A stretch of 64,000 nt of DNA. Origin: an uncultured delta proteobacterium. GTDB lineage: Bacteria > Desulfobacterota > Binatia > UBA9968. The notes under the pieces were generated by a model that saw nothing but the letters and a program-made list of their open reading frames with translations, was not told the origin of the DNA and searched no databases. The stretch lies in contig CAVWLW010000073.1 in assembly GCA_963755715.1 (NCBI GenBank), positions 32,001 through 96,000 on the forward strand, written 5' to 3'. How positions within the stretch are numbered: position 1 is the first letter of the stretch; each line of letters opens with the position of its first letter. The position numbers were made by a program, and so were the translations under genes. Of this stretch, positions 1 to 10,616 are shown piece by piece.

Positions 1-300
1 GCTCCAAAAAAATTCCACTTTCTTGCCCGGCGTGAGCCCGTCCCCCATCACTGTGAAAGAATCTCCCACGTAGCCCTTAACCGGCTCGACCTTGAGCAGC
101 TTTAGGGGTGCCACTGGGGCGCTTGGCCTGGTGACTTGAGCGACGATCGACGGGGTAGGCAATGCGGTAGTTGGACGAGCGGTGGGCCCGGACGGAGCGT
201 TGGAGCCATCGGCCCCTAGCAATCCGAGCAGGATTAGAAGCGAAAGCGCCAGTCCTGTGATCGACAGCCCCGCCCTGACGCGACCGGTAACGGTTTTAAT
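1..300 (-). CDS. Partial secreted or membrane-anchored hypothetical protein (runs off the window edge)
   Basis: Manual translation of the minus strand gives IKTVTGRVRAGLSITGLALSLLILLGLLG, a Pro/Thr-rich linker, then LKVEPVKGYVGDSFTVMGDGLTPGKKVEFFWS. It follows a GAGG RBS-like site, but the only available start is ATT. Confidence 0.55.
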   Translation of the reverse strand, partial: MKTVTGRVRAGLSITGLALSLLILLGLLGADGSNAPSGPTARPTTALPTPSIVAQVTRPSAPVAPLKLLKVEPVKGYVGDSFTVMGDGLTPGKKVEFFWS

Positions 301-311
301 CCTGCACCTCG

Positions 312-1010
312 TTAGTCAACGATCCTCACACGCGTATCTTGCGTTGGGGTTTTCTGGATCGGCGGGATGAAAGTCGCCGTGCGGCCGTCTTTCGCGGTTA
401 TCACGAGGCTGTAGTCCAGCTTGCCCAACGGGTAATCTGGCGGAATGTCCCAAAAGGCATCCCACATCCAAGCCGAATCGGGCAGGGCGGTTGCAGATCC
501 TCGGATGGCCCATCGCGCGACCAGTTCTTCGCCATGCGGTAATCTTACCTTGACTGTTGCTCCATCTCGATCGGCAACCCGCTTACCCGTCGAGGTGTCG
601 AGGATCTCGAAGCGAAAGACGAGCCTCATGCCACGCTTGAACACGCCGCTTTGGACACACGGTGTAGATGCGGCGACGCCATATTTGGTGGTGTTATTGC
701 TCGTCAAAGTTTCCACATAGAAGAAGAATGGACCCACCGGCTCATAGTAGGACGCGGGCGTCGTGCGCGGCGGTTGAGGAGGTGGAGGGCCAGCCGTGGG
801 CGGCGGCGCCTTTTGCGCCCCGACGAGGACCGTGACACCAGCCTCCGTGGAGGATTTCTTTTGCAGCTCCGTGGCGGAGACTTGCTCCTTTGCTTTATCC
901 TGCTCGCTTTGCGTGGCTACGGATGGCCCACAGCTCGCGATCATCCACGGGATAAGAATTAGCAATACAACGAAGATCAGGCTTCGATTGAGCGGTCCGA
1001 ATAATGCCAT
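312..1010 (-). CDS. Hypothetical lipoprotein with Pro-rich linker and conserved beta-rich C-terminal domain
   Basis: Hydrophobic signal ending in a lipobox-like IASC, PPPTAGPPPPQPP linker, globular domain with WDIPPDYPLG; 12 nt upstream of the partial gene. Confidence 0.7.
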   Translation of the reverse strand: MALFGPLNRSLIFVVLLILIPWMIASCGPSVATQSEQDKAKEQVSATELQKKSSTEAGVTVLVGAQKAPPPTAGPPPPQPPRTTPASYYEPVGPFFFYVETLTSNNTTKYGVAASTPCVQSGVFKRGMRLVFRFEILDTSTGKRVADRDGATVKVRLPHGEELVARWAIRGSATALPDSAWMWDAFWDIPPDYPLGKLDYSLVITAKDGRTATFIPPIQKTPTQDTRVRIVD

Positions 1011-1110
1011 AATTTTGCCTCTCTGATGCGAGTTCAGATCTAAAGCACCCTGTTCCTTTGGCAATGAGCCCGCGTTAAGACGATCTCAAGTCGAGCCATA
1101 AATCTGCGCT

Positions 1111-1140
1111 AGATTAGGAGAGACCTCCATCGCCTGTCAA
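1111..1140 (-). promoter_or_regulatory. Putative sigma-70 promoter
   Basis: Minus-strand TTGACA (1140-1135), 18 nt spacer, TAATCT (1116-1111), upstream of the lipoprotein gene. Confidence 0.4.
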
Positions 1141-1176
1141 GCTCAAATAAATGCACTGTTGTGCACTCGTTAAGGA

Positions 1177-2829
1177 TTACTCGCCGCTCGTTCCAAACAC
1201 TGATTGGACGATCTGCCAGGCTTCGTCCTGAATGGCCTTTAGATGGTCTTCTGAACGGAGACTTTCCGCGTAGATTTTACACAAATCTTCGGTGCCCGAG
1301 GGGCGCACGGCAAACCAACCGTTGGGCGCGGTGACTTTCAGGCCGCCGATATCGGCGCCGTTTCCCGGCGCGTGGGTCAGCTTGGCCTGAATCGGTTCGC
1401 CGGCAAGCTCCTTCGCCGCGAGGGCTTCCGGCCGAAGCGACTTCAGAGCCTTTTTTTGCGCCGCCGTCGCCGGCAGATCCATGCGCGCGTAATACGGACG
1501 GCCAAGCTCCTTGGTCAATTCCTCGTACCACGCGCCGGGCTCACGCCCGGTCGTGGCGATGATCTCCGCGGCGAGCAAAGCCAGAATGATGCCGTCTTTG
1601 TCCGTCGTCCAAACCGTTCCATCGCGGCAAAGAAAACTGGCGCCGGCGCTCTCCTCGCCGCCAAAGCAGATCGTTCCTTCGAACAGACCTTGAGAAAACC
1701 ATTTGAATCCGACGGGAACTTCGAAAAGCTTTCGGCCGAGCCGCCCGACGACCCGATCGATGAGCGAACTGCTCACCAGCGTTTTGCCGACCGCGGCGTT
1801 TTTGCTCCACTGCGGTCGATGCGAGAGCAAATAGTGAATCGCCACGGCGAGGTAATGGTTTGGATTCATTAGACCGAGCGACGGCGTGACGATACCGTGA
1901 CGATCCGAGTCGGCGTCATTTCCCACTGCGATTTGAAATTGATCTTTGAGACTTACCAAACTCGCCATCGCGTACGGGCTCGAGCAATCCATCCTGATCT
2001 TGCCGTCATGATCCAAAGTCATGAAGCGAAATGTCGGATCGATCTTGTCGTTGACGACGGTGAGATCGAGTTCGTAACGCTCGGCAATTCTTTGCCAATA
2101 GGCGAGCGCCGCGCCACCGAGCGGATCGACCCCAATTTTTATCCGCGCCGAGCGAATCGGGTCCAGGTCGATCACCGCGGTCAGATCATCGACGTAGGGA
2201 CCGAGCAAGTCGTCTTCATGCGTGGTTGGAGATTGAAGCGCTGCGGCGTAGGCAATCCTTTTCACCGAGCGATTATTTTCGCGCAGCAGCCCGTTGGCTC
2301 GATTTTGAATCCAATCGGTAACATCAGTATCAGCCGGGCCGCCCTGCGGCGGATTATATTTAAAGCCACCATCCGCCGGCGGATTGTGCGACGGTGTGAT
2401 GACGATGCCGTCGGCCAAGCCGGCGTTTTTGCCACGGTTATGAACTAAGATCGCTCGTGAAATTGACGGCGTGGGCGTGAAACCGTCGCCGCGCTGAATG
2501 ACCGTTTCCACGCCGTTGGCGGCGAGCACTTCGAGCGCACTCTTTTGCGCCGGGCCCGATACCGCATGCGTGTCTTTACCCATGAAGAGCGGCCCCGAGA
2601 TATTTTTGCTCGCGCGGTACTCGCAGATCGCCTGCGTGATGGCGAGAATATGCGCTTCATTGAGCGTGTTATCGAGGGGACTACCGCGGTGGCCGCTGGT
2701 GCCGAAGCTGACCAATTGCTGCGGGTTTTCAGGGTCGGGCTTGCGCTCGTAGTAGGCTTTTTCGAGCCGGTCAAGGTCTATCAAGATATCGGCGGGCGCG
2801 GGCTTTCCCGCCAGGGGATGAATGGCCAT
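1177..2829 (-). CDS. pgm: Phosphoglucomutase (alpha-D-glucose-phosphate specific)
   Basis: [16 protein letters not shown] phosphoserine loop, DADSDR metal loop, GGEESAG, RPSGTE motifs. Confidence 0.97.
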   Translation of the reverse strand: MAIHPLAGKPAPADILIDLDRLEKAYYERKPDPENPQQLVSFGTSGHRGSPLDNTLNEAHILAITQAICEYRASKNISGPLFMGKDTHAVSGPAQKSALEVLAANGVETVIQRGDGFTPTPSISRAILVHNRGKNAGLADGIVITPSHNPPADGGFKYNPPQGGPADTDVTDWIQNRANGLLRENNRSVKRIAYAAALQSPTTHEDDLLGPYVDDLTAVIDLDPIRSARIKIGVDPLGGAALAYWQRIAERYELDLTVVNDKIDPTFRFMTLDHDGKIRMDCSSPYAMASLVSLKDQFQIAVGNDADSDRHGIVTPSLGLMNPNHYLAVAIHYLLSHRPQWSKNAAVGKTLVSSSLIDRVVGRLGRKLFEVPVGFKWFSQGLFEGTICFGGEESAGASFLCRDGTVWTTDKDGIILALLAAEIIATTGREPGAWYEELTKELGRPYYARMDLPATAAQKKALKSLRPEALAAKELAGEPIQAKLTHAPGNGADIGGLKVTAPNGWFAVRPSGTEDLCKIYAESLRSEDHLKAIQDEAWQIVQSVFGTSGE

Positions 2830-3143
2830 GTTCAAATCCTTTCACGACGCTGCGGCGCATTAGTTCAACGCTGTTCGGCAAGTTTTTTATACAACGACGT
2901 GAGGGCAGATCCTAGTGGCGTATCTTCCATGCACGACGGGCGCGATCGCCGGGATCGTAAATCATGCTCGGCATGTGCGACGGAACAATAAAGTACGCGA
3001 GCACGTTTTCCCAGGGATGTTCGGGTACAAGGACGGGATCGCCGTATTTCCCAGCGCCGCCCTGCTTGAACTCGATTCTTTCCAGCGTTCCGATCTGACT
3101 AGAGTGGGAAAACTATTTTCATTCGGCGCTGACTGCGAGCGAA

Positions 3144-4163
3144 TCAGAGATGCTGCAGCGCCGGCATCACCCGTTCGGCAAACAGGCGAATATTTTTGAG
3201 AGCCATCTCTTGCGGCATGCCGCCAAAATGAAAAGTGCCGGAGAATGTCGTGATGCCGCCTTCTTCGTGCCAGCGCCGAATCGTGTCGCTGCAGCGCTCC
3301 GGATCGCCGACGATGATAAAGCCCCGCGCCATGTCAGAACCGATATCGTGTTCGGTCAAACGGCGCTCGGGATCGGCCGCCTGGTGAAGATCGGTGTAAT
3401 TTTTCATGAAGGGCACCGCCTCGCGCATGCCGCGCTCGAAACTATCCGAGACGTAGATGTGAAACTTGCCTAACACTTCACGCCCGACGAAATCATGCCC
3501 GCGCGCGGCCAAGCCGCGGCGGTAAATCTTTACCAGCTCGTGCAAGGCATCCGTCGTCGGATGGACGAAGGGCACTGTCATCAAGTCGTAGTCCATTTCG
3601 CCTGCCCAGCGAAAAGTCTCTTCGCTGTGCGTTGCGCCGACCCATATCGGCGGGTGCGGCCGCTGCACCGGCTTGGGTAGAATGTTTACGTTGTCGTAGC
3701 TATAGAACTCGCCGTGAAAATTGACCGGCGCGTCAGACCATGCCTGGCGAATAATCTCCGCGCTTTCATGGAAACGCGCCGTCGCTTCGTCCCGGCTTGC
3801 GCCGAATTTTCGATACTCGACCGGCTCGCTGCCTTTGCCGATACCGAAATCGATGCGGCCATCGGAGATGACGTCGGCCATGGCGTAGGACTCCGCCAAA
3901 TCCAAAGGATTGTGCAGCGGCAGCACCGCGACGGCGACGCCGAGACGAATGCGTGAAGTCATCTGTGCTGCCGCGGCGAGAAATGTCGGCGGATGCGGCA
4001 ATGTGCCGCCGTAACCGCCGAAGTGGTGCTCGGTCACCCACGCTTGATCGAAGCCGAGTTTTTCCACTTCGATAATTTGCTCGAACATGCGGCGGTAGAA
4101 ATCGGCCAGCATGCCGTCAGTCTCGGGCATATAGGTGGGCAGAATGTGCGTGCCGAATTTCAT
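3144..4163 (-). CDS. LLM-class flavin-dependent oxidoreductase (luciferase-like monooxygenase)
   Basis: GFDQAWVTEHHF, LPLHNPLDLAES, SDGRIDFGIGKG, PKPVQRPHPPIW motifs. Confidence 0.93.
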   Translation of the reverse strand: MKFGTHILPTYMPETDGMLADFYRRMFEQIIEVEKLGFDQAWVTEHHFGGYGGTLPHPPTFLAAAAQMTSRIRLGVAVAVLPLHNPLDLAESYAMADVISDGRIDFGIGKGSEPVEYRKFGASRDEATARFHESAEIIRQAWSDAPVNFHGEFYSYDNVNILPKPVQRPHPPIWVGATHSEETFRWAGEMDYDLMTVPFVHPTTDALHELVKIYRRGLAARGHDFVGREVLGKFHIYVSDSFERGMREAVPFMKNYTDLHQAADPERRLTEHDIGSDMARGFIIVGDPERCSDTIRRWHEEGGITTFSGTFHFGGMPQEMALKNIRLFAERVMPALQHL

Positions 4164-4179
4164 CGTTATCGCGCTCCCG

Positions 4180-5205
4180 TTAGAAAAGAATCGACTTCAA
4201 CTTCGCCACCAAACCCGTATCGAGCTTGAAAATCCCCTCCACGGTTTTTCGCATATCTTCGGCGGTCACCGGCGCGAGGCCGATCTTTGCTTTATCCGCT
4301 TCGCCGATGAATTCAGGGTCTTTGACGGTCTCTTGCAAAGCTTTCTGCAGAATCTGCGCGCGCTCGTTCGGCGTGCCGGGCGGAAGCGCGAGAGTCTTGG
4401 TGATCTTGCTCGGATAGTGAATGCCGTATTCGATCAATTGTTTGGCTTCCACCGTCTTGGCGAGATCGATGGCGAGCGGCACCCCGGCCAAGTCGGCAAA
4501 GGCTTTGGGCACCGTCTGCAGCACGACCACGACGGTGCCCGACTCAAGCGCTTTTTGCCAAGTGCCGCGCATGGAATCCCAACCCCAGGTCGTGCCGTCG
4601 ATCTCGCCGCTCTCCGCGGCGATGCGCATATCCGCGGTTCCCTTGTAACCGGAGATAACTTGGATCGGCAGATTGAGCGCGGCTTTGACGACCTTGATGA
4701 CGTTGTCCGTGCCGAAGGCGCCCGGCCCCGTAGTGCCTAACTTCAGCGGCGATTTCGCCGCGAACCATTTTTCCATGTTATTGACGCCGCTTGCTTTGGT
4801 CAGTGCGATCGCGCTCTCATCGCGCGCCACGGCGCCGACAAAGACAAACTTTTGCGTATCGAATTCGACTCCCGGTTGCCCCATCAATTGACTGTAGGCG
4901 AACCCGCCGCTGAAGTGGCCGAAGGTGAGACCGTCGGGCTTGGCGACTTTAAAAATATGATTGGCCGCGAGCAGACTGCCGGCGCCGGTCATGTTCTCGA
5001 CCAAAATTGTCGGATGGCCGGGAATATACTTGGGCATATGCCGCGACAGCATGCGCGCCAACGCGTCGTAACCGCCGCCGGGCGAGAAGCCGACGATGAT
5101 GCGAATGGTTTTGCCTTCGTAAAAGTTGCTCTGAGCGATGCCACTTCGAGCCGTGAAAACCGTCAAGGCAACGAGCAAAGCCACGCTGAGAACAGTCTTT
5201 GTCAT
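4180..5205 (-). CDS. Tripartite tricarboxylate transporter substrate-binding protein (TctC/Bug family)
   Basis: Signal peptide, IIVGFSPGGGYD, VENMTGAGS, KPDGLT, GYKG motifs. Confidence 0.92.
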   Translation of the reverse strand: MTKTVLSVALLVALTVFTARSGIAQSNFYEGKTIRIIVGFSPGGGYDALARMLSRHMPKYIPGHPTILVENMTGAGSLLAANHIFKVAKPDGLTFGHFSGGFAYSQLMGQPGVEFDTQKFVFVGAVARDESAIALTKASGVNNMEKWFAAKSPLKLGTTGPGAFGTDNVIKVVKAALNLPIQVISGYKGTADMRIAAESGEIDGTTWGWDSMRGTWQKALESGTVVVVLQTVPKAFADLAGVPLAIDLAKTVEAKQLIEYGIHYPSKITKTLALPPGTPNERAQILQKALQETVKDPEFIGEADKAKIGLAPVTAEDMRKTVEGIFKLDTGLVAKLKSILF

Positions 5206-5328
5206 CGGCCTGCCTCCTTGCGAATCGCACACAGCAGTTGCTGCGCGCCAGTACAATTGCTGGGTCCAAACCTAGTTTAACCGACGGTTAGGCGTCAAGC
5301 CGAAAAGAAAGTGAATGCGATGTGTTGC

Positions 5329-6192
5329 TTAGCCGAGCTTCGCTTCTTGGAGCTGATCCTGCCAGACATGCTCCGGCTTGAATCCGAGCAGGCGCCGCGC
5401 TTTGGTCGAATCGACGCAGCTCCAATGCGTGCCGGCGATCTTTTTTATTTTTGCGCCTTTGGGCAGATATTTTTTCACCAGCTCGAGGGTCGGCTGGATC
5501 ATGCAGTTGTTCGGCGCCGACGCGATGAAAACTTCATGGCCGGTGAATTTCGCTTCCAGCGCCAACCGGCAAGTCGTCGCCGCGTCGCGCGCGTCGATAT
5601 ACGTCCAAAAGCCGTTGGCCCGCGACGACGGATTGCGCCAGCGTTCTCTGAAACTCTCGTAGGAAAGATCGAAATTGACGCCGGGGAAACGCAAGCTGCT
5701 GATCGTCATATCTTTGTGAACGGAAACGATCGAGTCGGCGATTTTTTCCCCGAGCACTTTAGAAAGTCCATAGGAATCCTGCGGGTTCGAAGGATGCTCC
5801 TCGTCGAGCGGCAGATAGTCGGGCGCCCAAAGTTTCACCGCGTAGATAAAACCGAACGCAGCCGTGCTCGACGCCAGAACGACTTTTTTAACTTTTGCAT
5901 CCGCCGCGGCGCGCAACACATTGTAGGTCGACGAAACGTTGTTGCTGAGGGTTTCCGCGTCCGGCGCCAGATTGGGCGCCTGATAGGCGCCCAGATGAAC
6001 GATGCCGTAAGCGTTTTTGAGCGCTTCGAAGAGATCACCCGAGTGGCGCAGATCGACGAGCCAACTCGGACATAATTTTTCCCGTGGCGGCACTCTATCG
6101 AGACTGAGAACTTGAAAACCGTGCGTCAGCAGATCGCGAATCACAAACTGTCCCAACCTTCCACTGCCGCCCGTGACCACAACTTTTCTCAT
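5329..6192 (-). CDS. NAD-dependent epimerase/dehydratase family protein
   Basis: VTGGSGRLG Rossmann motif and YGLSK catalytic motif. Confidence 0.9.
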   Translation of the reverse strand: MRKVVVTGGSGRLGQFVIRDLLTHGFQVLSLDRVPPREKLCPSWLVDLRHSGDLFEALKNAYGIVHLGAYQAPNLAPDAETLSNNVSSTYNVLRAAADAKVKKVVLASSTAAFGFIYAVKLWAPDYLPLDEEHPSNPQDSYGLSKVLGEKIADSIVSVHKDMTISSLRFPGVNFDLSYESFRERWRNPSSRANGFWTYIDARDAATTCRLALEAKFTGHEVFIASAPNNCMIQPTLELVKKYLPKGAKIKKIAGTHWSCVDSTKARRLLGFKPEHVWQDQLQEAKLG

Positions 6193-6231
6193 TCCAGTAA
6201 AATCTCCTCCGCTCAATCGCTATCTTACGCA

Positions 6232-6264
6232 TTGAACGGTTTAAGCGGCTGAATGTATTTGAAC
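6232..6264. repeat. Degenerate ~9-nt tandem repeat (TTGAACGGT-like)
   Basis: ttgaacggt ttaagcggc tgaatgtat ttgaac between two genes. Confidence 0.35.
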
Positions 6265-6292
6265 TCTAGTTTTCCGTCTTTAGTGCGTCGTT

Positions 6293-7328
6293 CTATCGCT
6301 TCGGTATCAGCAGGTCCTTGAGCTTGGCGATCAACGGCGGCGGCAGGTCGTACAGACCGGCGAACGTCTTCGCCGTGGTCGGCCCATCGATCGGGCGCAA
6401 TTTCCAAGTCGGCTTTTTTCGCTTCGGCACGGAGCTCGGGATCGCCCAAGGTTTTGACAAACGCTTGTTGTAAAACCTGCAACCGATCCGGCGGCGTTCC
6501 GGGCGCCGTGGAGAGAGGAAACTGATAGACGTGAACGTTGTCCGCCACCCGAAGCAGCGTGCGCGCTTCGTCGCTCTTGGCGTAGTTGATCGCCAACGGA
6601 ATCTTTTTTAGATCGGGATGGGACTTGAGCGTGGCTTGCAGCACGACATGAATTTTTCCCGATTCCATCTGGCTGCGCCATGTGACCTTGGTCGCTTGCC
6701 ATGACGCACAGAGGCCGTCGGCTTCACCGCTTTCTACCGCGAGCCGTGCCTCGGCGCCGCCTTTGTACCCTTCGACCATTTCCAGCGGCAAGTGGAGGGC
6801 TTCTTTGAGCAGTTTGGGGACGTCGGACAGACTCGTTCCCGGCCCGATCGACGCGATCTTCAACGGCCGTTTGGCAGCAAACCAGTCGTCGACGGTTTTG
6901 ATGCCGCTCTCCCGATTGAAGTGACAAGCCGTATCGTAAGGACCTGGGATACCCACCCAGCCCACTTTGCGGCCATCGAACTTGGTCGCGTCGTTTCCCA
7001 TAATATGCTGCAAGATCAGCGGCGATGCCCAAGCGGCGATCGTCAGACCATCCGGCTTGACCCGGTTGTAAAGATGATTCGCGGCGATGATTCCACCGGC
7101 ACCGGGCATGTTTTCCACGATCCTTGTCGGGTTGCCGGTTACGTGCTTGCCGATGTGACGGGCGAGCAGCCGGGTATATTGATCGTAGGTCCCGCCGGGT
7201 GAATAGCCGACGATGAAAGTCAGCGTTTTATCTTTGAGAAATTCCTGCGCTTGCAGCGACGATACTAAGCTGAGCGCGATCGCAGCTGCGGTCAAAACAA
7301 CCCGTAATTTGGCTCTTGCAATCATCAT
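6293..7328 (-). CDS. TctC/Bug family substrate-binding protein (apparent frameshift near 6390)
   Basis: IVGYSPGGTYD, ENMPGAGG, GYKGG motifs. The homologous C-terminus (IAKLKDLLIPKR*) is in another frame ending at 6293. Confidence 0.88.
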
Positions 7329-7485
7329 GATCTCCTTGGCGGCAACCTTTCGTTTGTCTGTGGGAATTGGCCCATAGGCCCGAAACTACTACATCCGGTT
7401 GTGTGCTTCCACAATCGACCGGCCAGAAATCTCACTCACGACGACGCCGATCACACGGACAACTGGCCTGTCCCGAGTCGAGCAA

Positions 7486-7536
7486 GTAACCGCAGCTTAA
7501 CCTGTGCTTAACCAATCCGTAATCAAATTTTAGTAT
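7486..7536 (+). promoter_or_regulatory. Pho-box-like array (four repeats, 11-bp period) followed by a -10-like TAGTAT
   Basis: GTAAC 7486, TTAAC 7497, TTAAC 7508, GTAAT 7519, including CTTAACCT, directly upstream of a phytase-like gene. Confidence 0.7.
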
Positions 7537-7537
7537 T

Positions 7538-8941
7538 ATGAGCGGAATTAGTTCACGTCAAAGCTGCTTGAGGAGTGAAACGATGGCGCAGGTTAAATTG
7601 GACATGCCGTACTTGAAAATTATCCCGCCTGGGTTTTGGTTCGTACTGTTCATTGCCTTCGCCGCCCACCCGGCGCTGGCGCAAAATAAGGTGATCGCAA
7701 CCTACACATTCCCCGAAATACCGATCAAGGAGTTTCAAAATAAGAAATTCCCCGGTTCCGTCGCCAACGACCATAAAGTTCTCTTGGGCTCGGTCGGCAG
7801 CGACCTGTGGCACGACCCGAAAGGTCCGCGTGACGAATTTTGGATGTTGACCGATCGGGGGCCCAATGGACAAATCGCCGTTGACGGAAAGAACCGGCGC
7901 ACTTTTTGGGTACCGGAGTTCGATCCGACGATCGTCAAAGTCAAACCCGAAGGTAAAGCGATCCGAATCCTAGAGGCGATTCCAATTGTCGGCCAATCGG
8001 GCAAGCCCATAACCGGAATGCCTAATCTCAAAGATGTCGACGAGACACCGTACAATTATTCGGCGCAGGAAGTGCTGCCTTTCAATCCCAACGGCCTCGA
8101 TACCGAAGGTCTGGTCCGCACCGCCGCCGGTGATTTCTGGATCGCCGATGAGTATAGCCCATCACTCGTGCACGTCGACCGAACGGGTAAGGTCATTAAA
8201 CGCTACGTGCCCGAGGGACTGAAACTCGAGGGCACAGACTATCCGGTTGCGAAAGTTTTGCCGTCGATCTACGGCAAAAGGAAGATCAATCGCGGCTTCG
8301 AAGGACTGGCGCTGAGCGCCGACGAAAAGACACTCTATACCGTGCTGCAAAGCCCGCTTTTGAATCCCGACCGTAAAATCGGCGATACCTCGCGCAACAC
8401 CCGAGTGCTGGTATTCGACATCGCCAGCGAGAAAGTTACCGCCGAGTACGCCTACCGCTTCGACGTGTCGACGCAGTTCGATCCCAATCCCAAAAATACC
8501 CCCGACGAAATGAAGCTCTCGGGCGTGATCGCGATCAATCCGACGACGTTGCTCGTGCTCGAGCGCACCGATCTGGTCGCCAAGCTTTATAGTGTCGATT
8601 TCAGTGAGGCAACGAATATTCTGAATAGCAAATGGAATGACGCCCAAACGGCTCCCTCCCTCGAAGCGCTGAGCGATCCGTCGGCCGCGGCGGTGCGGAC
8701 GTTGCCCAAAACACTGGTCGTCGACCTAAGCTCTCTCGACGGTGTGCCCGAAAAGATCGAAGGCATCGCTTTGCTCGACGCGCAGACTCTTGCGATCTCG
8801 AACGACAATGATTTCGATAGCGAAGAAAGCAAATACGACAGCGAGGGCAATAATCTTGGCAAAGGCAAGAAAAGCCAGATCCTCTTGATCTCTCTCGACA
8901 AACCGCTGCCTTTACCGAAAGCCACCGTGTCCGCCCGCTAA
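7538..8941 (+). CDS. Secreted esterase-like activity of phytase family protein (beta-propeller); true start may be slightly downstream
   Basis: Signal peptide, LTDRGPN, LDTEGL, IADEYSP, NRGFEGLA, EKIEGIA, SNDNDF motifs. Confidence 0.88.
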   Translation: MSGISSRQSCLRSETMAQVKLDMPYLKIIPPGFWFVLFIAFAAHPALAQNKVIATYTFPEIPIKEFQNKKFPGSVANDHKVLLGSVGSDLWHDPKGPRDEFWMLTDRGPNGQIAVDGKNRRTFWVPEFDPTIVKVKPEGKAIRILEAIPIVGQSGKPITGMPNLKDVDETPYNYSAQEVLPFNPNGLDTEGLVRTAAGDFWIADEYSPSLVHVDRTGKVIKRYVPEGLKLEGTDYPVAKVLPSIYGKRKINRGFEGLALSADEKTLYTVLQSPLLNPDRKIGDTSRNTRVLVFDIASEKVTAEYAYRFDVSTQFDPNPKNTPDEMKLSGVIAINPTTLLVLERTDLVAKLYSVDFSEATNILNSKWNDAQTAPSLEALSDPSAAAVRTLPKTLVVDLSSLDGVPEKIEGIALLDAQTLAISNDNDFDSEESKYDSEGNNLGKGKKSQILLISLDKPLPLPKATVSAR

Positions 8942-9069
8942 ATCCGGCAATGCAGCGCGATCTTTTCGCCTGGTAAGGTCGAGAAAGCCGCAACAAGCAA
9001 CACTTCAAGAAAAATTTACCTAAGCGTCGCCCACGCTTAACGCGGATGGGCGAATAGGAACCAGCAAAT

Positions 9070-10407
9070 TTGACAGCGAAAGGATTGGTTCCTATGCACA
9101 AACATCAACGACAATTCAAACAGCCACGCGGCGCATCGAGATATGACGACCCGCTCGATTTCGTCGCGCGATTTACCCCGCCGAGCGAAGCTTGGTTACG
9201 CAGCGTTTGCTGCTTGCTCTTTCTGCTTCTGGGCGCAACGCCCGCCGTGGCCGCCCCGCACGACGAATTTCCCCATCCGTTGGTCATCGGGCATCGCGGC
9301 ACGCACGGCTATCTGCCGGCTCACACCTTGGCGGGCTACGCCTTGGCGATCGAGCTGGGCGCGGACTTTATCGAGCCAGACTTAGTCGCGACTAAAGATG
9401 GCCAGTTGATCGCGCGCCACGAGCCGAATCTGATTGCCACCACCGATGTCAGCCGACGGCCGGAATTCGCCAATCGCAAACGCAAAGCGATTATTGATGG
9501 TGCCGAAGAAGAAGGATGGTTCGCATCCGATTTCACTCTCAAAGAGATTAAAACGCTGAGGGTGGTTCAAGACTTCGCCGACCGGCCGCAAGAGTTCAAC
9601 GACTTGTTTGAAATCCCCACATTCGAAGAGGTGATCGCGCTCGCCAAGCGAAAATCAAAAGAAAAGGGCCGGACTATCGGCATTTATCCTGAGACCAAGC
9701 ATCCGACTTATCATAAGAGCCTGGGCCTGCCGCTGGAAGCGCGTCTGGTCAAGATCCTCAAAGCCGAAGGATGGGATCATCCCGATGCGCCGGTATTCAT
9801 CCAGTCGTTCGAACAAACCAACTTAAAAGAATTGCGCAAGATAACGCGCAACAGGCTCATTCAACTCGTTGACGCTAACGACGTGAACCCGGATGGCACG
9901 TTGGATTACACCGCGCCGTTTGACCGGCCCTACGACTGGACCGTTTCGAAGGACCCAAAGCTATTGAGCCGCACTTTTGGCTTTTTCGCCACTGACGAAG
10001 GGTTGAAGGAGATCAAGAGTTATGCCGACGGCATCGGTCCGTGGAAACGCTACATCGTAAGCACCGTGGCGGCAAACCTACCTGGGCCCGGCGAAGCGAG
10101 TCTCAAGCTCCTACCGCCGAACGATCTGATCGAGCGAGCGCACAAGGCCGGTCTGCTCGTTCACAGCTGGACTTTTCGCAACGAGCAGCGCCGTCTGGTG
10201 AGCGACTACGCGGGAAATCCGATAAACGAATACTTACAATTTTACGACCTCGGTATCGACGGCGTATTCTCGGATTTCGCCGACACCGCGGTCGCCGCGC
10301 GGGTTTTATTTAAGCTCGTGGACACTCCCGGCTTCGCGCGCTGTTTTACCGAGGGACCCGATAAGTTTCAACGCGCGGAGAGCTCCGACTGTTTGAATTT
10401 GGAATAG
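9070..10407 (+). CDS. glpQ: Periplasmic glycerophosphodiester phosphodiesterase
   Basis: [55 protein letters not shown] motifs. Confidence 0.92.
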   Translation: MTAKGLVPMHKHQRQFKQPRGASRYDDPLDFVARFTPPSEAWLRSVCCLLFLLLGATPAVAAPHDEFPHPLVIGHRGTHGYLPAHTLAGYALAIELGADFIEPDLVATKDGQLIARHEPNLIATTDVSRRPEFANRKRKAIIDGAEEEGWFASDFTLKEIKTLRVVQDFADRPQEFNDLFEIPTFEEVIALAKRKSKEKGRTIGIYPETKHPTYHKSLGLPLEARLVKILKAEGWDHPDAPVFIQSFEQTNLKELRKITRNRLIQLVDANDVNPDGTLDYTAPFDRPYDWTVSKDPKLLSRTFGFFATDEGLKEIKSYADGIGPWKRYIVSTVAANLPGPGEASLKLLPPNDLIERAHKAGLLVHSWTFRNEQRRLVSDYAGNPINEYLQFYDLGIDGVFSDFADTAVAARVLFKLVDTPGFARCFTEGPDKFQRAESSDCLNLE

Positions 10408-10434
10408 CGGATCCTTTCTTCTTGGGGGCGAATC

Positions 10435-10471
10435 GAGGGAGGGCTGGACAATCCAGCCCCTCCCTCTTTTT
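10435..10471 (+). terminator. Rho-independent terminator after glpQ
   Basis: GAGGGAGGGCTGGA-caa-TCCAGCCCCTCCCTC hairpin followed by a T-tract. Confidence 0.85.
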
Positions 10472-10520
10472 ATTTCTTTCGATTTCTAGTCCTCGGACAC
10501 GCACCACGCTCGTGATGGGC

Positions 10521-10559
10521 TGTTACGCAGACTTCGTTCATTTGTAACCCACGCGACAT
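10521..10559 (+). promoter_or_regulatory. Pho-box-like repeats upstream of the GT4 operon
   Basis: TGTTAC 10521, TGTAAC 10543 and CGACAT 10554 lie on an 11-bp phase. Confidence 0.45.
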
Positions 10560-10616
10560 ATGCGTGGATTATTTTACCGCAAGATCGAGGGCGCTCTTTC
10601 GGGTATTTAGCGCCTC

